A stretch of 63,014 nucleotides of DNA, the filler included, from Lenisia limosa (lineage: Eukaryota > Protista > Breviatea): assembly GCA_001655205.1 (NCBI GenBank). It is 13 parts of 13 records of this genome, joined end to end, with 100 filler letters (N's around TTAATTAATTAA, not from the genome) between each part and the next. Parts side by side here need not be neighbours in the genome. Positions count along the whole stretch, not along the records: positions 1 to 13,762 come from LPNZ01002326.1; 12 more parts are not named here. One strand, given 5' to 3'. Each line of letters begins with the position of its first letter. Positions within the stretch are counted from its first letter, which is position 1. The position numbers and the translations under genes are program-made. Shown here piece after piece: positions 1-12,200 of this stretch. The notes under the pieces were generated by a model. The model ran no database searches. It was not told the origin of the DNA and worked only from the letters and a program-made list of their open reading frames with translations.

Positions 1-85
1 ACAAAGGTTGATAATAACAAAACAAACGAAGCCCAGGCCAGTCGCCTCTGCAGCACTGCAGAATAAAAATGCAAGGCCCTCGAAC

Positions 86-794
86 GTTATTTTCATAAAG
101 ATGCTTTGAGGCTTCTGTCCGTGTAACTTCCAAGAGGGCAAGCTAAAAAATGAATAGTTACTGATTGTTTAACCATTATTTGGTCACTCTGCTACAGGCT
201 TCTATATGAACCACAAAAAAGACATTTTACAAATGAATCCTTGAAAAATATCGACTTCAATGACCAAAAGGAAGATCTAAGTATCAACCCTGTAATTCTT
301 GACAACGGAAGTGATGGGATAAAAAAAAAGCAGTATCATGCTTCTGGCAAGAAAAAGTGATGAAGAAAGAAACCGAGAAATAAAATCAGAAAAGCTAAGG
401 GCTAGGACAATATAAATAAATTATAAATAGCCCAGATTTCAAGCAATACCCCTCATAAATCACTTATAAACAGCATTTAAGGAACAAAATCCACAGACCT
501 GTCTCTGTCTGATCTCTTTCTCACGGTCCTTCCGCTCTTCTTCACTTCCAAGGAAAGCAGGGGGAGTGCGAAGGGGAATAAGAGCTTTGCAGATCTTGTT
601 ATGTATACCATCCCAATCATCTGATTGATGCTGTTCGCAGCTAGAACGACGTTAGATATCGCGTTGGGTCAAAGATGAGCCCACCAATAGTAGCTGACGC
701 GACATCCGGCACACTGTAGTTTTGCAGGCTTTCCACAAACTTCACAATTTAATTTAACCCCTTTAGGTATCGATAAAGGGTTGAGGCGGAACAT
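86..794 (-). CDS. ZMYND12: Zinc finger MYND domain-containing protein 12 (5' part, 3 exons; continues off window)
   Basis: Spliced: MFRLNPLSIPKGVKLNCEVCGKPAKLQCAGCRVSYYC|CEQHQSDDWDGIHNKICKALIPLRTPPAFLGSEEERKDREKEIRQRQ|LALLEVTRTEASKHLYENN. MYND finger plus the IPLRT..SEEER signature of ZMYND12; GT-AG introns. Confidence 0.9.
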
Positions 795-1159
795 TTTCCT
801 TTGTAACTCTTATAAGGTTGGGTTTTTTTTACATTTCACGCCCGTCTTTAATCTAATTAACTGCTAATTAATCCAATAATATTACTTTTATTGTTGTTTC
901 TTTCCCTACTTTTCTCGTTCGAATTTTGGTTTATACTCCTCTTGAATAATGCCGTCCCCAGATTAAATTATTATTAAAATCCTCCCTTCCCATCCCTCTT
1001 CCCTCTTTCACCTTCTATCATATAGTATTTATTAGTGTTTATTAGTTGTTTGTATACAAGAAAGACATCAGGAGGACCTAGACAATTTAACGCTGACCAC
1101 TACCAAATAGTCAAGTCAGTGTGTCATTTGTCGAGTTGCAATCAGATCGAGAGAATATA
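795..1159. promoter_or_regulatory. Putative bidirectional promoter between divergent ZMYND12 and BLOC1S4
   Basis: 365-bp AT-rich interval between two head-to-head ATGs; inferred from position only. Confidence 0.35.
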
Positions 1160-3303
1160 ATGTCAAGCGAGGGTGTTGTGGTAAGAAGGGTTTATGGAAG
1201 TTATTTATTTTTGTTTTTTGACTTCGAATCTGTGTCGCTTTTTCATTTCCCGGTTATTGGGTTTTTTTTATTCCATAATATATGAGAGAATTGGTTCTTT
1301 AAAGCAAATGAAGCTTGATATATCATTTTAAGATTAGGTTTGTTTCCCTGCTTCGTTTAATGGTAAGAAATCGCCACTTTTTGTTGGGATTTGTTCAACT
1401 TGTCGTTGCTGCCTTTTTTATATTTCAACAAAACCGTTTTCCCACCGTTCATCATGAATATGCCGTAACTAGGGCTTCACTTCGGTTCGAAAAAGACCGG
1501 TAAAATATCGATAGTTTTCGAGGATTCTGTCTATTTTCGAACCGAAGTGACGTCGTAGCCGTAACCTAATTATATTTATCGACTCCCTTCCCATTTTAAC
1601 TCCTCCTCCCATCTCTTACTCATAGCCAAAAAGTAGATATCGATATGGGTGTATTACATCGCTTTTCTACTCTTCTCACCCCCCCCCCTGTCTAGTTTTA
1701 GCGTTGGTTGCTCGTGGTTGTTATTGCTTGTTTTTTGTTTGTTTGGAGTTTTAGATTATTCGGTTCGTGATTGGTACCTTTACGCCAAAATTCTTCATTG
1801 AAATTTCGTTTGTTTTACCCCCCCCCCCAGTTAAATAGCTTGATAGAACCACCATCCACTAGTGATGAACTTGGGGATTTAGCGTCAGATCTTGCAAGTT
1901 TGCTGCTTCCGCCAGATTACACGCAATACCAGGTTGAAGGGGTATAGGTTTCTCCAACATTCTTCTTCTCTTTTTTCCTCACAATCTAGCTCAAGGAGCT
2001 AGACAATCTTATTGCCCGAGCAAATCAAGACCTCGGTGCAACCATGAGGCTGGCTGAAATGGTTTGTATACTTGAAGCATTTTTTACTCACACTTTGAGT
2101 AAAAAAAACTCCTCATTAATTTTCCATATTGTTACATCTATTCTGATTTTACACTTATTAAACCGGTCCACACCATGAAGCTTATAAGAGATGTTGAATT
2201 ATTGTTTAATATTAATTCACCCAATCATTTGTCTTCCCTCCCCAGCATACGTATATAATCATTGTTTGGAATGGTTTGACCTTAGTAAGATGGAGCAAAA
2301 GATGGCAGAATGGGGAGGTTCAGTACTCCCGAGACTTCAAGAGCGAGCGAACGAAGCCGAAAGATGTTTTCGAGTCATTGACGCACTGGAGGTTGGTTGT
2401 CTTTTGGGCTTAAAATTGAGGTGGCTTTTTTTTATAAAAAAACGTCTGTAGTTTCAAAAATTGACCTTTTTAAAAAAAATGTTAATTAATTGCACGTTTA
2501 TCGCTTTTTTTAACAGACGCTCAAAAGGCAGCCCCTTTTTTTAGATGACTTTGTTGGCAAGAGTTCACACACCGGCTGACAATGAATGATATAGGATATT
2601 TGTTCACAAAAAGGCAAATTTAATTGGCCTAACTTGTAGTCTGGGCTTTTCTGGGTCAGTTTATAGCGTACGTATATGCATAATGAAATAGTCTATCGAT
2701 ATGGAATGATATAGCATGTAATGAAATAGTATACGTTTATGGAGTAACAGTATATGATCCCTCCCCCAGGCAATGGTAGCGCGACTGAAGGCGAAAGTTC
2801 AGTACATGGACGCCGCCGTCTCGAACATGGACAAGTCTACTTTTTCCAAGTTCTTAACTTTTGGTAGATCACAGGTTGGCTTTATTTAATGCTAATAATA
2901 GTCAGTTCGTGGCTGTATCTGCCCCAAGTCATCTCTACATTATGTTATATGGTTATAATGGTGCATCCTGTTGTTTCTTTTGTATAACTTATGTAACATT
3001 GGAAAGAGACGTTCAACAAATTAAGTTAATATCTTATGGTCCAAGTATTTGTTGCTCATGTTTGGTATTGCTTGTTTTTTTGTTTGAAGTTTTAGATTAC
3101 TCGTTTCGTGATTGGAACTTCTACGCCAATATTCTCATAGAAATTTCCTTCGTTTTACTCCCCCTCCCCAGAAATCAGAAGGCACATGGTCACAAAAAGG
3201 CTGGCAATGGGAATCGGGGCCAGAAATTGCCCATCTCAAGGGACTCGCAACAGCAACCCCGGAGGCTTATCCCCCTCAACAGGTTGAAATACAGCAGTCT
3301 TGA
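1160..3303 (+). CDS. BLOC1S4: BLOC-1 subunit 4 (cappuccino/Cno-like), about 6 exons
   Basis: MSSEGVV|LNSLIEPPSTSDELGDLASDLASLLLPPDYTQYQ|LKELDNLIARANQDLGATMRLAEM|..VLPRLQERANEAERCFRVIDALE|AMVARLKAKVQYMDAAVSNMDK..|KSEGTWSQKGWQW..QQS*. Matches the Cno pattern (PRIHAKAAEMRRIYSRIDRLEAFV) as recalled. Confidence 0.7.
1470..1557. mobile_element. hAT-type MITE family A, perfect 8-bp TSD
   Basis: TAGGGCTTCACTTCGGTTCGAAAA ... TTTTCGAACCGAAGTGAC..TA flanked by gccgtaac at 1462-1469 and 1558-1565. Confidence 0.85.
1706..1830 (+). repeat. Intronic repeat family E, ends at 3' splice site
   Basis: ttgtttggagttttagattattcggttcgtgattggtacctttacgccaaaattcttcattgaaatttcgtttgttttacccccccccccAG; near-identical copy at 3051-3171. 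Confidence 0.8.
2161..2250 (+). repeat. Intronic repeat family B copy
   Basis: ggtccacaccatgaagcttataagagatgttgaattat...attaattcacccaatcatttg, shared with 4125, 13863 and 19115. Confidence 0.7.
3051..3171 (+). repeat. Intronic repeat family E, ends at 3' splice site
   Basis: Aligns with 1706-1830 through ..gaaatttccttcgttttactcccctcccccAG. Confidence 0.8.
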
Positions 3304-3476
3304 GAAATGTGGGGGTTCATGGGGGTAACATATAATATCCTATATGTATACACGTGGTAAGTCTTCAGAAAAATCGGACTAGACTCATCACGGTCATCGT
3401 TTTGACCAGCAATATCAGAATTTGGACAATATTGTACATCTTTCAGAATCTAATAATACACATTGGGATAGGTGGG

Positions 3477-6400
3477 CTAAGACGAGGGTTTCGTAAGGGG
3501 GGTGCCTTCAAATAGACTTCGACCCTCTATTTTGCCGCTTCCACCTGGGGGGGGGGGGGGGNNNNNNNNNNNNNNNNNNNNNNNNNNNNNNNNNNNNNNN
3601 NNNNNNNNNNNNNNNNNNNNNNNNNNNNNNNNNNNNNNNNNNNNNNNNNNNNNNNNNNNNNNNNNNNNNNNNNNNNNNNNNNNNNNNNNNNNNNNNNNNN
3701 NNNNNNNNNNNNNNNNNNNNNNNNNNNNNNNNNNNNNNNNNNNNNNNNNNNNNNNNNNNNNNNNNNNNNNNNNNNNNNNNNNNNNNNNNNNNNNNNNNNN
3801 NNNNNNNNCCTGATACTTAGAAACAATGATGGTTAACTTGATAAATGGATGCACTATTTATTTGATTTCCACATTATTGAGGATTGTTTTACTGTTTAAA
3901 CAATTCAGATTTTCACTTCAACTCTATCATTTCGGCATACTGAATTGGGTCTGGACGGGGGTCCTGGGCGTATTGAGGGTGTTGAAGAAGGGGCAGTTTT
4001 GGGGGCTGATGGGGTGGGTGGCGCGTTCTGCTTTGGTTACTTCGTTGATACGGATTGCGTTTGACCGTGTATCCATATTGTTGAAGGAAAATAGGTCAAG
4101 ACTTATCCTGGTCACTGTATTTCGAGATGAGAAAAAAACTAGGTTGTATCTGGCTGAAGTCGTCCACGCCATCACGCTTATAAGAGATATTGGAATTGGA
4201 GTATACATTAATATCAATTCGCCGAATCATTTGCCTTACATCAGCATACCGCTTATCCAAGGTTCACTTCATAACAATAAGACCAATAGAATATCGAGGG
4301 CTATTGGCGAAATAATGACCTATCTATCCATACACACCAGTTGGATTTGGGGACGTGGGGCACTGGGGGTTGCGGGGGGTTTCGAGACGGGAGCGGAACT
4401 TGGCCTGGTTAAAAGGGTTACGGCAAATCCTCAAAAACTATCAATATATTACCGGTCTTTTTCGAACCGAAGTAAAGCCCAAGTATTACTCTTGTGAAAA
4501 AACCATACTGTTTGGATTTAAAGTAACCAGTATTACAGTCGAACCTGGGAGTTTGTGGGGGCTGGGAGTGGCGCATTGGTGGTCTGTTGGGAGTACTGCC
4601 TCCGCGACCCTGGCCGGGGCCTCCCCCTGAAGAGGATTAGGAATGAGATTTCGAAGGTTCAGATAGGATTTGATTAAAAGTACCTGTAGAACTAATATTC
4701 GTGCGGTATTGTTGTTTTTGAAGCATTTATCGTTTCTGAGGCTTGCGGGATTGAACTCAGTAGTAATCATCATAGTCTTAGTATCTAGCATACTCATCAT
4801 GGGTGTTCCTCTGCCTCTTGGTGGGGGCCCGCCTCTACCTCGCATTGGTGTACCACGCATACTTGGCCCTCCTCTCATGGGCGTTCCTAAACAATCAAAC
4901 AGAACAACAGTATATTTTCATAAACCGGTTCTGACCTCTCATTGGGGCGCCGCGTCCTCTGGGTGGGCCTCCGCGTTGCATTGGTGTTCCTGAAATGGTC
5001 ACACGGTTCTTCGCGGAAAACACCGAGTAATTAATTAAACAATATATATAGCCTCATTGGGTTCAGGGGAAGATTGTTTATTGTTTTCCTTCGACAAACC
5101 TCTAGTCATCGGGGTGCCACGAGTCATGGGAGTCCCTGGAGAGGTAAAAGAAAAGTAAGGTTATGTCACTTCACTTGGTACTGACAGCAAACCTCGAGTC
5201 ATTGGTGTTCCTACAGAGTAAGTTGGTTGATTGTTATTTGTTGACAAAGGTGTCTCAGCTCACCCCTTGTCATTGGAGTACCACGAATTGAAGGACCACC
5301 TCTCCCCCGGCCGCGCATTGCTGGCGTCATCATACCGCCTCGTCCTGGTGTTATTAAATGGAAAAATATGTCACAACACGAAATATATACCAAGCCAATT
5401 GCAACGAGGTGAGAGTTTATTTCTTTGTTATTATTCCATTATTTTCCGTACCTTGAGGGACAGTGGCAATTCTTGGCGTTGACGGTACATTTGACTTGTT
5501 GTTCGAAGGTTCTGAAGAGTTAGAAACACACATATATTATATGTATTGTTATTTTCTTGATTTGAAAATTGTAATGATTATTACTCATGATTGATTTGAT
5601 TTGACAATGATTAGCAGTTTGAACCACCTACCAGTTGGTCGGACCATTGGCGTTCTTCTGACCGCTGGCATTGGAGGTCGACTTACAGGTGACGGTTCTG
5701 TTAGATTAGTATCATGGAAAACTTCAGGGGTGGTTTTCCTTACTAGTTTGTGGACTCTCCATAGCTTTTCGTCTCATTGGAGATGGAAGTGAGATCCTGA
5801 ACAGTCACAATATGAAAGCTCAAATTAGGCCCCACTCCAAGTAGATTACAGAGCATGAGAAGTTAAGGCAAGAATCAGACAAAAACAAACCTTCTGTCAA
5901 TTGGGCCTGGGCTGGGTTGAGAAGAGCTGGACGCTGTTTGCCGGGTTGGGGACTCAGGAACTCGTGAAAAGCTGCGTGGCTCTAAGCTCTGGCTTCTGCT
6001 TCGCCGACTTAGTCAATAAATGAATGGACATTTTGAAATCTTGAATAAATATTAACCCAAAAGAAGTCCAAAAAAGCTCATCGTACTCTGATCGTTGGGG
6101 TGAGTTCTCAAGGGCAGTTCTGGCAGTGTCAAGATGACTAGACCTTTTGAGCTGCTCTGCGGTGTCAAATACAACTTTAAAAGAAACTTTCACTATCCCA
6201 GTCTCACCTGGACCTTCTTCCACGTCATTTACAAGATTTTGAAGTAGTGTTTTGTAATGATCCTTTTTTCTGGGTTAAAAAAGAAGAAAAAAACTCTATT
6301 GTTGACTTGAGGATGCAATCCTTTCTGTACATTGAGACTTTAGCATGCTGCTCATGAAAAGTGATAACATCGCTGAGTCCTTTTGCAGTGGCTTCAAGAT

Positions 6401-6820
6401 TGTCAAAATAGTGATCCCTATTATGTTCTCGTAGTGCTTCCTAATGAAAATAAAAAAAGTAAAGAGAGAAACGAATGATGGATAGATCTTGTCAGACAAA
6501 AGTTACCAGGGAGGATTGGTATAAACAGATAAGCTAGTAAATTACTTATATAATAAAATGTATAACAAAAAGATGAAGCGACTGGCGAAGAAGGGAAGCT
6601 ACACGTTATGACAGACAACTAACCAAACGCCCCAAACCCTATCCTTCTCAAGATCGTAGACCTTTGTTGGTTTATGACATCTTCCACAAGAGGCAGCTCC
6701 ACTTTGGCATTTTCTGTCATTCAATAAAAAAGCAAACCTGCATAAAACGTGACCACAGCTTAAAGCAATGAATCCTTCGCGATTATTAATAACTCCATAA
6801 CATTTTGCACACGTTATCAT
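3477..6820 (-). CDS. RING finger + coiled coil + Pro/Arg/Gly-rich tail; RNF212/Zip3-like E3 ligase candidate, about 18 exons
   Basis: MITCAKCYGVINNREGFIALSCGHVLC(R|K)CQSGAASCGRC is a C3HC4 RING. It is followed by ..YFDNLEATAKGLSDVITFHEQHAK.. (cf. RNF212 SQILEFQEKH) and many small exons encoding RGTPMTRG/RGRGGPP. The 3' end crosses an N gap. Confidence 0.65.
4125..4250 (+). repeat. Intronic repeat family B copy
   Basis: gatgagaaaaaaactaggttgtatctggctgaagtcgtccacgccatcacgcttataagagatattgg. Confidence 0.75.
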
Positions 6821-7250
6821 TGCTTATTTCCTCTTCACAAATTTCATTTCCCTTCACCGAATTCTTTAGAACGTTTTATGGGAAACTAAGTTTCAAATTT
6901 CCTATATATTTTGTGTAATAATATTATAAATTCATTTATTAGTTTGATGAACACATAAATCAAACATAAATCCGTTTCGCCACTATATATATCATTCTAA
7001 ATTCGTAACTTTTTAAGTGAGTTCCGAGTGATTCATTTTGGACAATGATATAGTCAAGATATAGTAATGTAAACATAAAAATGAGGTTTGTATTTGCAGA
7101 AATAAGAGCAAACTCAGTCTAAAAATGCTTGAGTGTGGAATATATTCTCATCTAAGAGAGTAGTGTTCCATTTATTGTCATAAATAGAGTTACTATTTAA
7201 AGATATATCTATAATATACAGAAAAATCTTGTAAATTGTTAACAACAGCC

Positions 7251-9200
7251 ATGAACATTGACCTCAGGAACGTACCTAGCCCAAGGTTTGCACTAGGCCT
7301 CCTACAACCTCCCATTTGTACTTCTATGAAATTGCTTTGCTTTAACAGGAAAAGGGAAAGTTGACTCAGTTATGGCATGGCTATTCATGGCCCGCTTTAA
7401 CGAAATGTAGTGTAAGCCCGTCCACTGAAGAAGAGCTAATGCCAGTGTTTGCTGATGATGGTCAGGAATCACTTGAGTAAGCTGGCCTTCCTCGCATCAA
7501 GCGTCACTTCTGGATCCCTACCTCAACCGAATATCTACTTCAAAACTTCAATAGCCCCCTGGTTTTTGAACTTGAATATTAGAAGAACTTGGGTAATTTG
7601 AATAAATCTGTTTAATATTGGGGGATTTTTAGTGTTGCTTTTTTGTCCTCCAAATGGTTATAAAATATTTTCAATTGGTTGGCTACTGCCCTTCTCCGGG
7701 TGATCGTCAACTGCCATTCTGACAATATACTTAATTACTGAATATTAATCAGGAAGGATTTCAAGTTTTTGTGTAATATATTGTTGGTCCGCAAGCTCTG
7801 CCGCCTGGAGTTGAAATTACCCGACATTGGGTTTTCATCAGCCTTTTCTTCCCTCATTGGCACCTTTAATATGTTTGCCTTTCATTGACTCTGTAGGTCG
7901 AGTCAAGTTGATCTGTTCCTCGCTCCCAGTCCGTTACCGCCGCTGGAGATACAGTATGTCCAATAGATATTCCGGATTCTATGATAACTCATTTCTACAT
8001 TGAAAAGGGACGTCGGTACTCTTCCTTAGAAATAGTGGCCGGCTGATTAGTTTCCGTAATGGGTGTTGAATCGTTTGCTGACTCTTTAGTTCTTCAAGAA
8101 AGAATACCCAGAAACAACAACAAATAATGGTACACTTGGGTTTTGGTTGTGGAGTATTATCTCATTCATCCGTTTCAATCCACATTCACACTCAGCCTCA
8201 AGCATACTCCGACACAAGCATCTCACAACATGACAAGTGGGTTTCTGGCTCATCCATGTGTGTTATTAAAAATACAAAAAAGGGGGGCATGTTTTTCACC
8301 AATGTTTCTCAAAAAGCCCTGTTGTGTAACTATATTTCAATGATTTGTTTTATCTTCCAGGATTTCGCTTCCCCCTTTCGGCCACAAAATGCTAAACGTT
8401 ATTGAACCGGGCTCTCTCTCAAGGTGATTTGGCTTTCATTGATTTGGACATTTGTATCTTACAGGAGCCAGTTATCATACTCTTTTCTGCAGATTCAAAT
8501 AACTGTCCCAGATCCTCGAGTGGTGCTACTGCTGAGAACCCAAACGATGGTAAGCAAACCTTCATTTCACGTTTCTCATAATCTTCGGAATTGAAAATCT
8601 TATTTCTTTAGATCCCCATTCAAGTAGCGCGGCTATCATGAGAGAGGTGAGTGTTGGTATTATAGCTGAGGTTAATTTTTCTGACTTATCTCTTCAGCTT
8701 CAGCCAGTTCCAGTCCCTGCTCTTCGACAAAGCCCTTCAAGCTTCAAATGTGGGCTTATCTTGACGGTTATCTTTGTTGTCTTGTCTTTCTTTCTTTTAT
8801 TCACGGCCCAGCTCTGCTGAAGTGCCCTGAACGTAAGTTGAAGAGGAAAATTACTCTGTTTAGTAAATTTGGGAACTATTTGTTGTATGAGGTTGGGACT
8901 TCAGCTCTGATGGTTTTATTATGAACAACTGCATTGCTAGGGTACTTGGTTTTTTTTCTCTCTCTCTGTTGAGTTCCACCTTTATCCACTCATCTAATTC
9001 CACAGGGGAATCAAATGCATCTCCAGATAAAGATAAACGTAGGCCTCTTAATTCCATCTTTGTACAACTTTGTTTTCTTTTACCCGAGGGTTTGATGCGT
9101 GCATTCACATCGCAGAACGAGTACGCAAAGCAGTATCCATCTGTGACGACTCTTCTGTTTGAGGGAGGGAAATAATTCCGAAAGACAATCAATCATCACT
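7251..9200 (+). CDS. Multi-exon coding region of unknown function (separate gene or N-terminal extension of the downstream receptor)
   Basis: Series of GT-AG-bounded open segments (e.g. LQPVPVPALRQSPSSFK, GNQMHLQIKIN, GLMRAFTSQNE); frame chain not fully resolved. Confidence 0.35.
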
Positions 9201-9255
9201 CACATTGCAGGTTTTTGAGAAGGTTCAGTCGGCCCCACGGAGAGCAGTAAGCAGC

Positions 9256-12200
9256 ATGTCGCAGTCCAGTTTCGAAGCAGCAAGTGGGTTCAATTTCCAG
9301 ATTAAAGTTCAAAGTAATATTTTTAAAATAGCCGTTGTCCTTTACCCCATCACTTCTCATCTTTTAGTCTCCAAAATCTCAGATACACCAAGTTTGAAGT
9401 TCCGTGAAGTTCTTTCCTTGAGAAGTTTGTGACAGTTTCTTCAGTGTAGTAACCTTTAAGTTCTTCTTTTGGTGACTTTCTTGCTGATTATGGTGATCCT
9501 CAGTACAGCATCATGGGTTATTCTGAGTGACTATGCTCAGGTGGGCGAAGAAACAGAATGACTTCATGGTTCTGTTTCTTACCTTCAACTGTCGTTGCCA
9601 TTTTTGTCACACTTACAGCGTAATATTGATACAATTGCGGTTGCACATCTTCAGGAAGTTATCTATCATGCTGGATCTGTTATTCAAGAGAGACTATGTT
9701 TGTTTATCACATTTTCTCCGTTGTGAACCTCTAATTATGTAGCACAAATCATCTTCATCAACAAGGCCGAGCATCGATATATGGAACTAATGGCGGACAA
9801 TCTTCCAGATGGTTTAGGCTGCGACTTCTTCCCGGGTAGTGTGGGGTATTCATTGGGCTTCCCTACTGTCCCAAAAAAGACTGAATTTCTCGATTCAATA
9901 TTTGTTCTTCTGTCATTTTTTGGTGATGGACTGACATTCCAGCTGCAGCTGAAACTGTTCGAACACGTTACTTCTCAGACATCCATGCACTATCTTTCAG
10001 TAAGGTTTCATGCTGTTTCGAAAATATTGTAATCTGTTTGTTTTTTTGCTTTTTGCTTTTTCCCAGCGGTATTCATTATTCAGAAATTCCTTATGTGGAA
10101 GTTGTTGGCAAGAATGGAGGGCTCTTTGCCTACGTCAAGTGGGGAGGGCCAAATGTTGTAATTGTCTTGTATGGGTGAATAACATGTGTATTTCATGCCG
10201 TTTTTTGGGGGAAGGACTTTTTATATCTCGCTGCAGTATTTATGAAAGTGAAACCATTCAGTGTACATGTGCTAAATTTACTTCTTTAGTCGTCCTGATG
10301 GAATGTCGTACTACTTCAGACCTTGTGAAGGAAACATGGGGTACCAGTATGATGTTGACCTTGAAACTGGCCGTATGGGAGGGGGTGCGAGTTAGGGCAC
10401 ATTCATAGACGACACATATCAATTATTCATGTTCTTACGCTCTTCCATTATGAATTGTATCTTTACAATATCAGTTTTATCTATGATTTCTGATTTAACT
10501 CTTTCTCTTTAATGTCAAAGAGCGAAATAAATTCTGCAAGATGAGTGTAAATTTTTCAAGTCTTGATGGTTCCTTTCTATTCAGTGTTTTAGAAGTCGCA
10601 TTCCTATTTTCACACCTTAGAACCGGGCGAATTCTTGTCCAACTTCACCCCAGACTTCCGGACGCGGGAGTTCTATCTTGGTGCTATAGAAAGGGAGCAT
10701 GTATGCCATTTTGTTCATGCTGTGTCTTTCAATATAGATCTGTGGAGAATCATGTTATTGCTGGACATTTGATGCAATAGGGAGATATGTTCTTCACGCA
10801 TCCATTTTCGCCTGCAGTCGACTACACTGATCTTTGGATCTCGCACGCCATTCCCTTCTACAACAACTCCCAATTCATCTTCAGTGGGTTCATCGTCGTT
10901 TGAAACTCATGATTTCCCCCTCCAGGTCAAACCGTTGCAGTTTCACTCCTATTTATGTCCGAAGTTTTGGAAGATGTTGTAAGATTCAGCTCTTCTTCAT
11001 CAATGCCACTTGAGAGTACGGAGGACAGTTTTTTGCTGGATAGCTGCTATCTTCTATTCTAATCTCTTCTTCAGATTTGTATTTGTATGTTGTGGATAGC
11101 TTCGGGTCTCTCATCGCCTCCCAAGATGGAAACGTTCTCTATGTGGGTTTCATAAATGCCTGTCAACCTTCTCTTTTTTGTTGCTTGTTTCACTGTTTAG
11201 ATTACTGGAGAAACAACATACTACGGATATCCTGAAAGAGTCATGTTTGAGGAGAAATAAGTTCCTTTGTTTTGAAGAGTCACAATTATTATCTTATGGT
11301 CTTACAGAATCCGAGCTTTTGAGTCCGAAAACGTTTTGGTGTGTGAAAGTGCCAAACACATCTTGGGCCTTTACGGTAGCTTCGGAGGTGAGGAGGTGGA
11401 CTTCGGTACCAGGCTGTATTTTTATTATAATTATTATGATTATGGTGATAATGATTATTATTATTATCTACCTGGGTTATAATGCAGGGGCTATTGTCCT
11501 TATTCATGAATCTAATCCTTGTAGGTATGCTGAGGAGGCACGCANNNNNNNNNNNNNNNNNNNNNNNNNNNNNNNNNNNNNNNNNNNNNNNNNNNCTTTG
11601 GACACGCTCATGACTATTGAGGATGAAGAGTATTATCTTATCATTTGGTAGGGGTTTGGGCGTTATATCACGAGGCGATATGTCAGAAAGGAGTCAAATT
11701 TTGATGTTCAATTAATCTACTTTGGTTTATCTTCTTTAAATGAAATCGCAGGCAATTTGGAAGTGCCATAGATTTGGACTGGAGAGTAGTTCTTCTGGCT
11801 CCACGATCTGGGGTTTGAGGGTTCTGTACTCAGAAACCTATATTTCTCTCGGGGAAAATGTGGACAGTTTTTATTAACACCAATGAAATATCATCTTGGG
11901 ATAATTGGAGGAATTCTTTGTTTCTAATTTTCTAGGTATTAGAGCAACTTGAAGAGGGTCGAGACCTCCTTATTGCCTATGTTGGCATCATCATCATCAT
12001 TGCTGCTGCGCTGTGGACCGTCATAATCGTCTTCCTCACAAGACCCATACTTAGAAGCTTCCAATCACGAATGCAGGTTTGTTATGTGGAGTTATTGTTT
12101 CCTGACACATCCTCTCTTGTCTGGACTGGGCTTTATTTTGTCATTTCAATCTCTCTCGATTGTGTAGGGTGTTTACCTGAGAGATATCATGTCCATCCTC

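Noticed and set aside
1470-1557. Family A hairpins as terminators, REP elements or ncRNA genes
   Set aside because: 8-bp TSDs, YAGGG ends and unbiased orientation explain them as DNA-transposon MITEs.
3826-4993. Plus-strand ORFs of 223, 107 and 91 aa
   Set aside because: Antisense shadows of the Pro/Arg/Gly exons plus intronic repeats B, C and A; no independent coding signal.
7420-7560. In-frame TAA within a plausible reading frame, suggesting a ciliate-type genetic code
   Set aside because: BBIP1 ends in TAA and POLE in TAG at the expected positions, and an alternative splice parse avoids the stop.
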